Position numbers and translations under genes: made by a program
Part shown: piece after piece, positions 1 through 8,421 of the stretch
Layout of the letters: every line of letters starts with the position of its first letter
Position numbering within the stretch: position 1 is the stretch's first letter
The notes under the pieces: generated by a model
Databases searched by the model: none
The model's input: only the letters and a program-made list of their open reading frames with translations
Told to the model about the DNA's origin: nothing
IMG/VR virus record: IMGVR_UViG_3300042554_000699
Location: 1-32,049 of that record
Source of the DNA: a virus
Lineage: Duplodnaviria; Caudoviricetes
Length of the DNA stretch: 32,049 bases
Direction: 5' to 3' (one strand)

Positions 1-481
1 CCATAGGGGTTGGCTGAACAGGCGCATTTTGTATTTTGGTCATTGGTGCGAGCATTTCCATTGTGAATGGAGTCATGTAACCAAGAGCGCGAATGAACTC
101 GCCTAGTGGGTCGATTGCAGAATGGGCGTCTTTGTAAATCTCTTCAAAAAGTTCGTGATACTGAGCAAAATCTTGCCCCATGACGTTCCAATGGTATGCC
201 TGTGACTTCATGTAGAACGCTTGGTAATCAGCGAGGGTTTCTTTCATGCAAGTTGCGCACATTTCCTCGGCGGTTTCTTGCTTCATTAAGCCATTAGGAC
301 GAACCTCTGCACCGCCTTGAACGAACATGTTTTTGCTCATGGTCATAGTCGCGCCTGTGTTGTCCGCAGGTAACTTCTTGACTTTGCCTTTAGTTTCTTC
401 AACTTCGTCAGGTTTCATTTTTGGTGCTTTAGGACGAAGCGGTTGGAAACTTGCGTCGTCATTTGTCAAGATTATGCCCAT
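1..481 (-). CDS. dps: Dps/ferritin-like DNA-protection protein with N-terminal extension (3' end runs off the window)
   Basis: Not in the ORF track. My translation from ATG at 481: MGIILTNDDASFQPL...LADYQAFYMKSQAYHWNVMGQDFAQYHELFEEIYKDAHSAIDPLGEFIRALG, matching the Dps signature HWNVxGxxFxxxHxxFEExY...DxxxE. Confidence 0.9.
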   Translation of the reverse strand, partial: MGIILTNDDASFQPLRPKAPKMKPDEVEETKGKVKKLPADNTGATMTMSKNMFVQGGAEVRPNGLMKQETAEEMCATCMKETLADYQAFYMKSQAYHWNVMGQDFAQYHELFEEIYKDAHSAIDPLGEFIRALGYMTPFTMEMLAPMTKIQNAPVQPTPM

Positions 482-482
482 T

Positions 483-710
483 TTATTCCTCGTCTCTCTT
501 GTCGGTTGCCTTCGCGCCGAAGTATCCGCCAAGTATGCCTATAACGCCACCTAGTGCTGTTTGCACCAATGTCATGACGTCTGATGAAACTTCTACTGGT
601 TCGCCCGTCTTGGACGTTTCAAGAGCCGCTACAAGATAATCTCCCACGATTGCGGTGATGATTGCAATACCAACCATCATGGCAAGCAGATACATGGTTC
701 TATCTTTCAC
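483..710 (-). CDS. Small membrane protein (two hydrophobic helices)
   Basis: 75 aa with two TM-like stretches; start overlaps the stop of the protease gene. Confidence 0.7.
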   Translation of the reverse strand: MKDRTMYLLAMMVGIAIITAIVGDYLVAALETSKTGEPVEVSSDVMTLVQTALGGVIGILGGYFGAKATDKRDEE

Positions 711-2878
711 TTTTTCTCCTTAGGCTTCTTAGGATACGCCCCAATTGGCACGTCAATGTGGACGCTACTTACTGACGGCTCGCCTTTGTTTGCGTCGGTG
801 ATAGGACCGCCTGTAACCCATGCTGAACATGTCCTACTTGCGGCACATTTGAAGTCGAACATCTCGCAGTAACCAAGGTCGCCCGCTTTGACTGTATCCC
901 ATGCGTTCTCAGATGAGCCGTCGCCCGCCTCTAGTCCTGCTTCAATGCACGCTTTCATTTCAGTCGTTTGAATGAACGCCGCGCAGTTACCGCACTTTGA
1001 TTTCTTTGCGTCAGCGATTGGTAAATCCCAACGACGTGCTTTCTCTTGCCAAAACTCGGTGTTCGGTTCGGCAGGATTGAGAGGACCATAACCCGCGGTT
1101 TCAATTGCCTTTTCACGGTTCTTGAGATTGAGTGCAACGTCTTTGGTCGCACGAGGGCATGCCGCTTTCTCCATGTCAGCGTCTGGAATGTCGGCTTCAA
1201 TGCGTTGTGCTTTGCCACCGATTGACAACCCACGCAGTTTGCCTTCCTTGACCATGTTCCATGCCCATGGTTCCCACACAATGCCCATGAATACGGTGTT
1301 CTGAGGGTATTTGACGAGTTCAGTTGAGCCGTCTGCCTTCAACATAGGCACTTCGATTTCAAAAGGCCATGTCAACACTTCTGTCCACTCACCCGCAACA
1401 ACGTCGCGGTTGTGTTGTAGTCGAATACGGCGGTCGCCTGAACGCACATAATCCCAAAGTGCCATTTGGAGTTCGTTATCATCTGTCCATTCGCCATGCG
1501 CGTCCTCTTGGTTAGGAACATACATAGGTCCGAGTGTGAAACGACGTTCGTCTGCCTTTGCAAAAACTGCTTTCTTATCTTCGCGAGCAATAATGCCCTT
1601 CACCCATGACAATGCAGGTTCGCCACCCCATGCGGCGTATGCAACGCGACCCGCACTTGGATAACCCTTCTCACCGGGCTTGTATCCCGCGCCTTGAGAG
1701 TCAACGGAATGACGTGACAAGAACGAGTGCATGCGTCGAACTGTGTCCATGCTGACGCCTTTGCCGTTAGCCAACTGAACAGCGCGAGCGCGCCCAACTG
1801 CTGTGAACCCACTACCTGCGTGACCTTCCTTCAACCAATCAAGAGCGCGTTGTGCCTCGTCCTGAACTGATTGTGGCGGCGTGAATGTGTCTGCCTTCTG
1901 TGTTTCCTCAGTTGCTTTCTTGACGTTCAACGTGTCCATTTTGTGTCCAACGAGAGTGTCGGTTGGCTTGCCGTCACGATAAACGCGGATAAGAACTGCG
2001 GGATTGTCAGGTTCTGCGGTGATAGTAAAACTTGAGTTCGGAACGTTCACTTTGCCTTCGGTGACAATACGCTCAATCTTGCCCTCAGCCATTCCACCAG
2101 ATGAGTTCCATGAAACCATGTCGCCCTTTGACGCTTTGAACACGAACATGCCGTCTGATTTGTTGGTGTTGCACATAGAGCCTTCCTTCGGCTCTGCCCC
2201 ACCACATGTCATGCAACGCACTCGCCCGTCGCGGGTCTTGTATTTCGAGGCAACGAAGTCATGAGGTTGCTTTGCCCCCGCACGTCGCTTGTTGCGGTTG
2301 ATTAGCGCGTCTTCAACGGAAAATGAATAACCCTTTTCCACGCCGACGAGTTCGGCGAGCGCGGATAAAAAACGTCCTAGCGCACCCTTGCCTTCATCTT
2401 CATACTCAGGTTCTTCAATGTCCATTTCATCTTCTGGCATTTCTTCCATGTCGTCGTCTTTCTCAGACATCCATTCACGGAACAATGACTCTGCGTCACG
2501 TTCGTCGCCTTCCATGCGTGGAACGACTGCCATGTCATAACCCTTTGCCGATAGCATGGTCATGACTGTTGCCATTTGAGCGTCTGTTTCAAACGCCTGA
2601 CGCAATGAGGCAACTAAATCCATTGGTAGTGACTCTTTTGCGGCTTCATAAGCACGCTTGGTCACGTTGTTTGTTGATACGAGCAACGGCGGTAGTGTTT
2701 CCTCGCAAACTAACCCGCGTTTAGTCATCTCGTTGGCAAGAATGTGGTGTGCTGACAACCCGTCTTGTGACTTGATGAGTGTTTCTGCGTGTGAGCGTTC
2801 ATGAGCGTCGCGGAGTGCGTCGTCAGAAAGTTTTGCAACCTTTTCTGCCGCCAATGCGAGTAATTTCTGGTCTACCAT
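707..2878 (-). CDS. Multidomain prohead protease with XkdF-like peptidase domain and fused accessory modules
   Basis: ADERRFTLGPMYVP..DAHGE..RLQH..VKEGKLRGLSIGG XkdF-type motif (~1200-1556); position after portal and MuF; AGGAGG RBS upstream. Confidence 0.8.
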   Translation of the reverse strand: MVDQKLLALAAEKVAKLSDDALRDAHERSHAETLIKSQDGLSAHHILANEMTKRGLVCEETLPPLLVSTNNVTKRAYEAAKESLPMDLVASLRQAFETDAQMATVMTMLSAKGYDMAVVPRMEGDERDAESLFREWMSEKDDDMEEMPEDEMDIEEPEYEDEGKGALGRFLSALAELVGVEKGYSFSVEDALINRNKRRAGAKQPHDFVASKYKTRDGRVRCMTCGGAEPKEGSMCNTNKSDGMFVFKASKGDMVSWNSSGGMAEGKIERIVTEGKVNVPNSSFTITAEPDNPAVLIRVYRDGKPTDTLVGHKMDTLNVKKATEETQKADTFTPPQSVQDEAQRALDWLKEGHAGSGFTAVGRARAVQLANGKGVSMDTVRRMHSFLSRHSVDSQGAGYKPGEKGYPSAGRVAYAAWGGEPALSWVKGIIAREDKKAVFAKADERRFTLGPMYVPNQEDAHGEWTDDNELQMALWDYVRSGDRRIRLQHNRDVVAGEWTEVLTWPFEIEVPMLKADGSTELVKYPQNTVFMGIVWEPWAWNMVKEGKLRGLSIGGKAQRIEADIPDADMEKAACPRATKDVALNLKNREKAIETAGYGPLNPAEPNTEFWQEKARRWDLPIADAKKSKCGNCAAFIQTTEMKACIEAGLEAGDGSSENAWDTVKAGDLGYCEMFDFKCAASRTCSAWVTGGPITDANKGEPSVSSVHIDVPIGAYPKKPKEKK

Positions 2879-2920
2879 GCTACCTCCTAGATAAGTATTT
2901 CATGAACAATGCCCATTGCG

Positions 2921-3169
2921 CTAGGACACTCGCCCTGTGCCAAACCCCGTGACGTCGTTGTCACTAACTGGGGTAAAGTCGTCGCCTAAATCCGAGTAGG
3001 CTGTTGTCATTGGAACGTCAATGACGGGAAACTCGTCGCCTTTAATCCACTCAGATGAGTTCGGCAACAACACAAGAAGTTCCTGCGCTGGTGCATAAAA
3101 CTTCGTGCTTAATTCGGTGACAATTCCGTCTTCGTCGTATTGACTATCTTTCGGTGGTTTGTATGCCAT
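2921..3169 (-). CDS. Small acidic protein, candidate immunity protein for the MuF-ART effector
   Basis: 82 aa, D/E-rich, starts 2 nt after the ART-bearing gene; function inferred from position only. Confidence 0.55.
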   Translation of the reverse strand: MAYKPPKDSQYDEDGIVTELSTKFYAPAQELLVLLPNSSEWIKGDEFPVIDVPMTTAYSDLGDDFTPVSDNDVTGFGTGRVS

Positions 3170-3171
3170 GT

Positions 3172-6100
3172 CTAAATCCTACCTAGGGTTAGGTCTGCAA
3201 GGATAGCAAACACACCGCCCTTTGCTTTAGATACTGCAATGACACCGATTGCGCTTGGGTCAGGAACGCCTTTGAGTGGCTCTTGCTCAATGATTGTCAC
3301 GTCCATAATGACGCGTCCGCCGTCTTTGTGAACTTTGTCGACGCGCATAGTCGAACCTGCTTGAATAAGGAACTCGCGCTCGCCTTTATGGTATGAAATG
3401 TTTGCAACGTATCCTGCTTGCTGTCCTGCTTTCACTTTGATACGCAAAACAACGTTGCCTGTGAACGCGGCAGAAGGACCGACCGAGGTTGACATAAAGG
3501 CGCCGTCATAAATCAACGCACCTTCGGGCAGATTGACGTAAGCGTCGAACACGGCGTCTGGAACACGAATACCGCGGTTGACGATAACGTCCTCTGTGAC
3601 GACTGACTTTGATAAACCATAAACTGTTTGTTCAATCGCTCGCCTTGCTTGCTGGTCACTCATGCCGTCTAAGTCGATTGCTTTACCTGTGCCGCCGTCA
3701 CGCAGATACTTGTTCATGGTGTCGTAGTAACTGCCCGTGTATTTCTGAATAGCGGCTTCTTCGTCGTTCGTCAATTGTTTTCGCCAGTTAGCAGATGACT
3801 TGCGACCCCATTCCACGCCCTCTGTTTCTGTGTCGAATGTGAGTGCGCCGTCTGCGTGTGTGTAAGGAACGCCGTAGGACACTTTGGCGCTTTCGTAGGA
3901 CACGGGTTTCTTCGGCTTTGTGGCGGCGTATGGACCCGAATACTCGACGCTTGACCCTGACGTGTTCGCTACCTTCATTGTGCCGTCTTGGAAGCCTTTA
4001 ATGGCATTTGAGAGGCTCACTTTCGTGCCGTTAGAAAGAGTTAATTCAAAGTCACCCCCGTCAAGAGGTTGCACGTCCATGACTTCATACTTCGTGCCGT
4101 TCATGTTCACAATTGAACCCTTGCCGAACGCGGTCAACTTTGCGCCGTCTGCGTCGAATGTCTTGCCCGTTGATGACTCTATCTTGAACTTGCCGTTAGG
4201 CAGGACGTCAACAATCTTGTAGGAGTTTTGAGGGAAGTCAGAGTGACCAATAATGCCGCCGAGTTTGAGCATTGGTTGAAGTTTTGCCGCAGGTTTCGCC
4301 TTTGGTGGCGGTTTTGGTGCGTCAACTGACTTGCCCGGAACCCAACCTTTAGGAACAACGCCAACTGGGGTGTGCGGATTTTGACTTTGCCACGATTGTT
4401 TCTTCAAACTCAAGAACGCTGTCTTGATAGTGCCGTCAGGTGCAATGAACTTGTATTGACTTGCCCCCGGTGCGACTTGTCCAATGACTTGATACGACTC
4501 GCCGTTTTTCTTAAATGGCAATCCCTCAGTTACACCCGTCAATGAACTCTTAGGAACGCCCTTGTAGACATTGCCCGCCGCGTCTTCAAGGTGAACAATG
4601 TCGCCACTCATCCAGCGGATTTTGAATGAAACGCCCGGCATGTCAACAACGCCCGTGATGTCGCCCTTGTTGATGTTCCACGAATAACCCTTTTGCTTAG
4701 ATAAGAACGCAACAGTTGGTTGTTCAGTTGTCGGTGCTTCAATCACCTTTGCTGTGTTGTAACTTCCCGCTAAATCCATTGCGCTCATGGCAACGACGTT
4801 TCCGTCTGAGTCCTTGACAATGAAAAGGTCGTTGTCTGTCTTGCCAACAATGGTAATCATTGACCCGTCAGGGTTTGACATGGTGAGTCCAATGTCGGGT
4901 TCAACGTCCATGAGCGTCAAGTCAGGTTTGTTGTCAGGTTTTGGCGTCGTGACCTCTGTGACTTTCTGACTTGCAATAGCGGAGTCATAGGTCGCTTTGT
5001 TGTAGGTGACTTCGATTGTTTTCAGTCCTGTTTGTCCGCCCGTGATTTCAATGAACTGACTTTGCAGTTTGACGCCCTTACCCATTGGGTCGACTTCAAG
5101 CACTTTGACAATGACGGGCGTTCCGCTTTGTGAGATGACTTTGAATGTGTCGCCAACTTTGAGTTGTTCGTATGTTGGTGGGTCGGCTGGCGGCTTTGTA
5201 AATCCACCGCTCTCAACCATTTTCTTGAGTTGGCTTTCGTTGAAAATTGCAGGACTTGGAATGTCGTCCCATTTAATGGCAATCATGCCTGAGTTGATGT
5301 CAACAATGAAACCAAAGTTGCCGTTGTTCGGGTTGTAAATCGGTTCACCAATGGTCGTGATGTCAGGCGAGTTAGATGTCTTTGCAGGTGGCTCATAACC
5401 GCGCTTCTGATAAAAGAAACCATCTTCTTTCGCAACGAGCGCCTTCCATTGCTTGGCGTCCATTGTGTATTTTCCACCTTGAGAAACGCCTTTAATGATT
5501 GAATACTCAATCATTGTTTCGCCAGTTGTTCCGTCAATGCCTTTGCCGATAACTTTGAAGATAACTCCGTCTTCGCCTTCACCTTTGAAAATCATGCCGA
5601 CTTCTGCGTCGTCAAACTCAATGATGTCGCCTTGGCTAAATTGCTTCTTTGGTGGTTCAACAAGGTCGCCAGCAAACGCCTGTGACTGTATCTTTGGGGT
5701 TGCAACGTCAACGTCCACGCCTTTATACCCGTAGGCTTTCTTCAACCCGTCTAAGCGCGTTTGAAGCAGTTTGACGTATGGTTTAACGAGTTCACTTGAA
5801 ACTTGCTTTGGTAATTCAACGCCAAGGATTTTCGCGTCCCATGCCATGTCCGATTGAATGGTCAAGAGCCATTGGTCAAGCCCACCCTTCTCGGCAATTA
5901 TCGCGTCAAGGTTTTTGAAGAACGCCTCTGGGTTCATTTCGTTCGGTTTAATTCCCGCCTCGTCGAACACTTTGCGGTAGTAGGCGTTGTTGTCGTAATA
6001 CTGCATAGGGTCGGCGTTTGCAAGAACTTCTGTGTCCTTCAACTTGCCCTGCGCACGGAAGAACATTGAGCCGCCTTGGTCAATGCGGTAAATCTTGCCG

Positions 6101-8418
6101 TCTGTTCCGACGACCACGTTGTCAAGTCCTGTTCCAACTGCGTCATAGTTTGCGAGCCATGTGTCAACAAGGAAGCCGTCAACGATTTCGGTCGCCTGTG
6201 CTTTGTTCAGTCCTAGGTTGCCGATTGTTCCCTTGTTTTCAACAATCTCGGTGACGATAAGAAACTCTTGTTTGCCTGTCTTTGGGTTGATACGAACAGC
6301 GACCGACGTTTCAGGAACAGGAACGCCTAAGTCGCGGTAAATCTTGTTTGCAACAAGTTCGGAGTAAACCTGTTCAGGGTTGTCATAAAGTTTGACGTAA
6401 CGCTTCTTGCCGTCTGTGCCTGTCCAGAAACCAGAAGGTTCTTTCTGATTTGAGCCAGCGGGTGCGCCCGTCTTTTTACCAAGAACAACGCTTGCGTCGA
6501 TAACGTGAGGCGCGGTTGTGCTAGGCGGCTTTGGCGCAGGAACGTCAGGAACGTCTTTGACCGCACCAACAACGTCGAAGTTCTTTGCAGGTTTGATTGA
6601 CGCAAGAGGCGTGATGTAGCCGTCTTGGAAAATGACGTTTGTGCCTTTGACTTCCTTGACTACTCTGACAACGCCGTCGTCTGCTGTTACTTTCGCGCCT
6701 GTCGGTAATCCAAGAACGTCGTTCATGTGAACAACAGTATTGTCGCTCAACGTGACTGCTTTGTTTGTAATCTTCTTGATTGTGTAAGTCGAGGTGTCGC
6801 CTTTGACTGCAACGACGTCACCAACTTGTGGTTGATAGACAGGCGTGACAACAGCGTCGCCAGCCGCCGTTTTCTTTGGTGCTTTCGGCGCGGCTACTTG
6901 GTCTTGTGGCAAACCGAGCGCGGCTTTGACTTTGTTCTTTGACGCAACAACCGCATACTGATTTTTTTGAGGATTGAATGGCGTCCAGTAAGTCGAACCT
7001 GTCGCCCCAATGACTTTAATTCGATTGTTCGGAACGTCGATAGCGAGAACGGTCATAGATTGACCGGGTTTGAGTGTTGAGGTGTAAAGGGTATCGCCGA
7101 CATGAATAGACGAAAGTAAGTTGACCGCAATTGCCTCTTTTGGCGAACCGACGGGTGCGAACGCGCCAACGTCTGACTTGATTGTCACCTTCGAGAGTTT
7201 GACCGCGCCCGGAATGATTGCAACTGCTTTACCGCGAGCAAGTAAGTCGCCTACGTTGATTGCAGACGTTCCGCTCTTTGTCTTGTAGTAGACAGTTGAC
7301 CCTTTGACCGACGAAATCTCATAACCCGTAGTGCCTTGCATGCCGTCGAAGTAAACCAAGTCACCAACGTCAAGTTGTCCGTTCCATGCAACAGGTTTAG
7401 CAAACTCAGGTGCGCTCGCAGGTATCTTTCCGCCAATGTTGCCCTCGAACACACCGCTCTCGTTGTATCCCGAAGGATTGAGCAAGTCGCGTGGCGGCTT
7501 TGGTGGAACGTAACCCGCAGGTGGTGGCACGAGGACTGCTGTGCAACGGCAGTTCGGGTGTCGCGGTGGCATTAGTTGTCCGAAACCGAATGGTTGGTCG
7601 TAAGGTATCTCTGTGCCATTGAGGGATTGGCAGATTTCGCATGCCCCGACAGGACGAACAATCCAACGCTTAAATGAGTTCGGGTCTGCATAACCCTCAT
7701 CTATCGCTGACTTCCAACCTAACCAACGTCCGTCGTTTTCGGCGCGTAGGACTTCGGTGCGAGCAATCATGAGTGCGCGTTTGCGGAGTAACTTTGCGTG
7801 ATAATCAGCCGCTTGCTTCTGTGCAAGTGCTTGCGCCGTCGCTTTGTCAACGCCTTGCTTGATGAAACTCTTGTAGACGCCTTCGTATCTGTTTTCGACC
7901 GCCTTCGCCCACTTATCGAACAACCCAATGTGATTGCGGAGTTTGCGTCCTAGTTCGTCAACTGTGTAATTGCCAGAAACTGCGAGCGCGGTGAGGTTGC
8001 GAATGATGTCATGCTGTTCTTTGGTCAACTGAACAGCCAAGTCACCTGCTTGCTTCTGTGCCATTGCGATAGCGTCAGGGTTGGACATTGTGAAGGAAGG
8101 TTTGAACGCAATGTCTTTGATTGACTGGTCAACGTTTGCATAGTTGACTATCTGTTGCAGTAAAGGTGTTTCAACTTTCGCGAGTGAATCCGACCATGCC
8201 CGTGTCGCGAGTGATTGCAAAATGATGTTTCCCGCTTCACCACCGATTTGACCACCAATGTTTTGAAGCGCGACGTCAACAGCAGTTTGAAGATTGCCGT
8301 TTGCTTGTATGAGCGAGTCTGCAATGAGCAACTGCCCCTGTATTTGTTCAGGAGTTAACTGCGGTGCGTCTTGTGGACCGAAATCCGCTTTCCGAACGAC
8401 TTTAAGGCGTAGTCCCAT
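3172..8418 (-). CDS. MuF (SPP1 gp7-like) minor head protein fused to a PI3/4-kinase/HipA-like domain and a C-terminal ADP-ribosyltransferase
   Basis: IARTE...CEICQSLNG...PPRHPNCRC (MuF); YVK..SELVAN..DTWLANYD..DNVV..IYRIDQG (kinase-like); YT..Y..MN.YLR..VNRG..FMSTS..EREFL (R-S-E ART). Confidence 0.88.
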   Translation of the reverse strand: MGLRLKVVRKADFGPQDAPQLTPEQIQGQLLIADSLIQANGNLQTAVDVALQNIGGQIGGEAGNIILQSLATRAWSDSLAKVETPLLQQIVNYANVDQSIKDIAFKPSFTMSNPDAIAMAQKQAGDLAVQLTKEQHDIIRNLTALAVSGNYTVDELGRKLRNHIGLFDKWAKAVENRYEGVYKSFIKQGVDKATAQALAQKQAADYHAKLLRKRALMIARTEVLRAENDGRWLGWKSAIDEGYADPNSFKRWIVRPVGACEICQSLNGTEIPYDQPFGFGQLMPPRHPNCRCTAVLVPPPAGYVPPKPPRDLLNPSGYNESGVFEGNIGGKIPASAPEFAKPVAWNGQLDVGDLVYFDGMQGTTGYEISSVKGSTVYYKTKSGTSAINVGDLLARGKAVAIIPGAVKLSKVTIKSDVGAFAPVGSPKEAIAVNLLSSIHVGDTLYTSTLKPGQSMTVLAIDVPNNRIKVIGATGSTYWTPFNPQKNQYAVVASKNKVKAALGLPQDQVAAPKAPKKTAAGDAVVTPVYQPQVGDVVAVKGDTSTYTIKKITNKAVTLSDNTVVHMNDVLGLPTGAKVTADDGVVRVVKEVKGTNVIFQDGYITPLASIKPAKNFDVVGAVKDVPDVPAPKPPSTTAPHVIDASVVLGKKTGAPAGSNQKEPSGFWTGTDGKKRYVKLYDNPEQVYSELVANKIYRDLGVPVPETSVAVRINPKTGKQEFLIVTEIVENKGTIGNLGLNKAQATEIVDGFLVDTWLANYDAVGTGLDNVVVGTDGKIYRIDQGGSMFFRAQGKLKDTEVLANADPMQYYDNNAYYRKVFDEAGIKPNEMNPEAFFKNLDAIIAEKGGLDQWLLTIQSDMAWDAKILGVELPKQVSSELVKPYVKLLQTRLDGLKKAYGYKGVDVDVATPKIQSQAFAGDLVEPPKKQFSQGDIIEFDDAEVGMIFKGEGEDGVIFKVIGKGIDGTTGETMIEYSIIKGVSQGGKYTMDAKQWKALVAKEDGFFYQKRGYEPPAKTSNSPDITTIGEPIYNPNNGNFGFIVDINSGMIAIKWDDIPSPAIFNESQLKKMVESGGFTKPPADPPTYEQLKVGDTFKVISQSGTPVIVKVLEVDPMGKGVKLQSQFIEITGGQTGLKTIEVTYNKATYDSAIASQKVTEVTTPKPDNKPDLTLMDVEPDIGLTMSNPDGSMITIVGKTDNDLFIVKDSDGNVVAMSAMDLAGSYNTAKVIEAPTTEQPTVAFLSKQKGYSWNINKGDITGVVDMPGVSFKIRWMSGDIVHLEDAAGNVYKGVPKSSLTGVTEGLPFKKNGESYQVIGQVAPGASQYKFIAPDGTIKTAFLSLKKQSWQSQNPHTPVGVVPKGWVPGKSVDAPKPPPKAKPAAKLQPMLKLGGIIGHSDFPQNSYKIVDVLPNGKFKIESSTGKTFDADGAKLTAFGKGSIVNMNGTKYEVMDVQPLDGGDFELTLSNGTKVSLSNAIKGFQDGTMKVANTSGSSVEYSGPYAATKPKKPVSYESAKVSYGVPYTHADGALTFDTETEGVEWGRKSSANWRKQLTNDEEAAIQKYTGSYYDTMNKYLRDGGTGKAIDLDGMSDQQARRAIEQTVYGLSKSVVTEDVIVNRGIRVPDAVFDAYVNLPEGALIYDGAFMSTSVGPSAAFTGNVVLRIKVKAGQQAGYVANISYHKGEREFLIQAGSTMRVDKVHKDGGRVIMDVTIIEQEPLKGVPDPSAIGVIAVSKAKGGVFAILADLTLGRI

Positions 8419-8421
8419 GAA

